A stretch of DNA of 8,371 bases from Octopus sinensis. Lineage: Eukaryota. Location of the stretch: positions 1 to 8,371 of the forward strand of contig NW_021828571.1 of NCBI RefSeq assembly GCF_006345805.1, given 5' to 3'. Below the pieces are notes generated by a model. The model saw only the letters and a list, made by a program, of their open reading frames with translations, had not been told where the DNA came from and did no database searches. The position numbers were made by a program, and so were the translations under genes. The number at the start of each line of letters is the position of its first letter. The first letter of the stretch is position 1. Shown here one piece after another: positions 6,956 through 8,371 of this stretch.

Positions 6956-7669
6956 CTTCCACTCAGTCAACATAACTTCTTGGTCTCTTGTCTTGAAGAA
7001 CATTCTGCCTGTTGCCTGCACTTTGCTGCCATTTTTGTAATGTGCATATGAAATAATGCACCATTGCAGATATTGATCTCCAAGTCTTTTACTGCCTGTG
7101 ACTGAGATTGCATTCCTTTGGAGGCCTGTATATGCAGGCTGCAGTGCGTTTATGTATATTTTCCTGCGAAATGTTTCCCAGTGTGTTGATCGGAACGCTT
7201 TTGATCATAGGTCTGCCACCTCAGGGATAACCTGGGGTCAAACAAGAACATCAACAACTATCCAAATACTAACTACCAGACTGTACACTAGATAATGTAG
7301 TCCTAGATACACTACATCTGAATAAAATATGAGACATATTTTATCATAGACCTACTGTAGGACTGACCTGGGGCTAAAGAACAACAGCTTCAAGAAGGAT
7401 CAACAGTTTTGAACCCGTTTTAGTGATATATAATAAAAACAAAAGGGACCCACTTGTTTCGTTTCACAAAATAAGGTGACATTGATAGAGGGAGAATACG
7501 ACTGCGATTTCTAGCAGAATCATCTACCACTAAGGGGTTCCTGCTTTGGTGACGACTGTGTGTATAGTGTCTGTGGTTCTTTGTGGTTTCTGTGTAGCGT
7601 TGGTGTGTAAGGATATTTCAAAAACGTATTGGATAATTGAAAAAAACAAGAGGATGGTAAAACTGTCGA

Positions 7670-7720
7670 TGGATGGTGGCGGTGGTGGTGGTGGTGGTGG
7701 TGGTGTGTTGTTGTTCTTGT
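7670..7720. repeat. (GGT)n / (GTT)n trinucleotide repeat
   Basis: ggtggcggtggtggtggtggtggtggtggtgtgttgttgttc. Confidence 0.9.
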
Positions 7721-7819
7721 TAATGGACTGTCTCCCTCCGATCTCTCACCCCCATTGTATTGGCAGAAGAGGACGAGAAGGAGAGCGTTCGTATCTGGGT
7801 GTGTTTCATCAGCTGGTCT

Positions 7820-7841
7820 GATATATATAATATATATATAT

Positions 7842-7885
<44 letters not shown>

Positions 7886-8371
7886 ATATATAACACATAT
7901 ACATACATATATACATACATATATAATATATATATATATATATACATATATAGATGTATATATATATAATTATATATATGATGTATATTTATATATATAT
8001 ATATATACATATATACATATATGCATATATATATATATATACATATATCTATATGTGTGGGTGTATAAATATATGTGTTAGTATATATATATATATTTGT
8101 ATGCATGTTATATCTATGGTATATATATATGTATATATATATACATATGCATATACGTGTGCATATATATGTATACAAATATGTGTGTGCGAGTCTGAGT
8201 GTGGAGAGAGGGAGAGAGAGAGAGAGAGAGCAAGATCACATGCACACATACGCATTCAAGCACATATATATACTCATCTATATCCATATAAACATACATA
8301 TACTTATCAAAAACTGTATGCATGTATGTGTATGTATGTGTATCAATGTATGAATGTATATAAGTGTATAT
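7820..8371. repeat. Long compound (TA)n/(TACA)n/(TG)n microsatellite with (GA)n at about 8203-8230
   Basis: Direct reading; it accounts for all ORFs called in 7720-8353. Confidence 0.95.

Noticed and set aside
6956-7300. Possible host exon or transposase fragment
   Set aside because: The frames I translated have stops and no recognisable motif.
10-8353. YIYI, SVCL and similar low-complexity ORFs (10-296, 4850-5343, 6046-6261, 7546-8353)
   Set aside because: They are translations of microsatellites.

Overview
AT-rich, microsatellite-dense eukaryotic non-coding DNA with no recognisable host protein-coding gene. The SINE and mariner sequences resemble repeats I recall from Octopus-type cephalopod genomes; this taxon call is an unverified inference. 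The window holds two decayed mariner elements (946-1800 and 3992-4813), tRNA-like SINE pieces and long (TA)n and (GATA/GACA)n tracts. The standout is a near-perfect 360-bp tandem array (3 units plus 60 bp, 2354-3493). Each unit carries a complete type I hammerhead ribozyme with a rare U3:A8 core variant (UUGAAAA instead of CUGANGA), a palindromic stem III and a long bulged stem I. This fits a retrozyme-like or Penelope pseudo-LTR circular-RNA replicon, apparently inserted into the internal (TA)n of a SINE. A second, CpG-decayed hammerhead lies at 542-589 (minus strand) next to a perfect 7 x 17-bp minisatellite. A further direct-plus-inverted repeat block of unknown family lies at 6205-6955.
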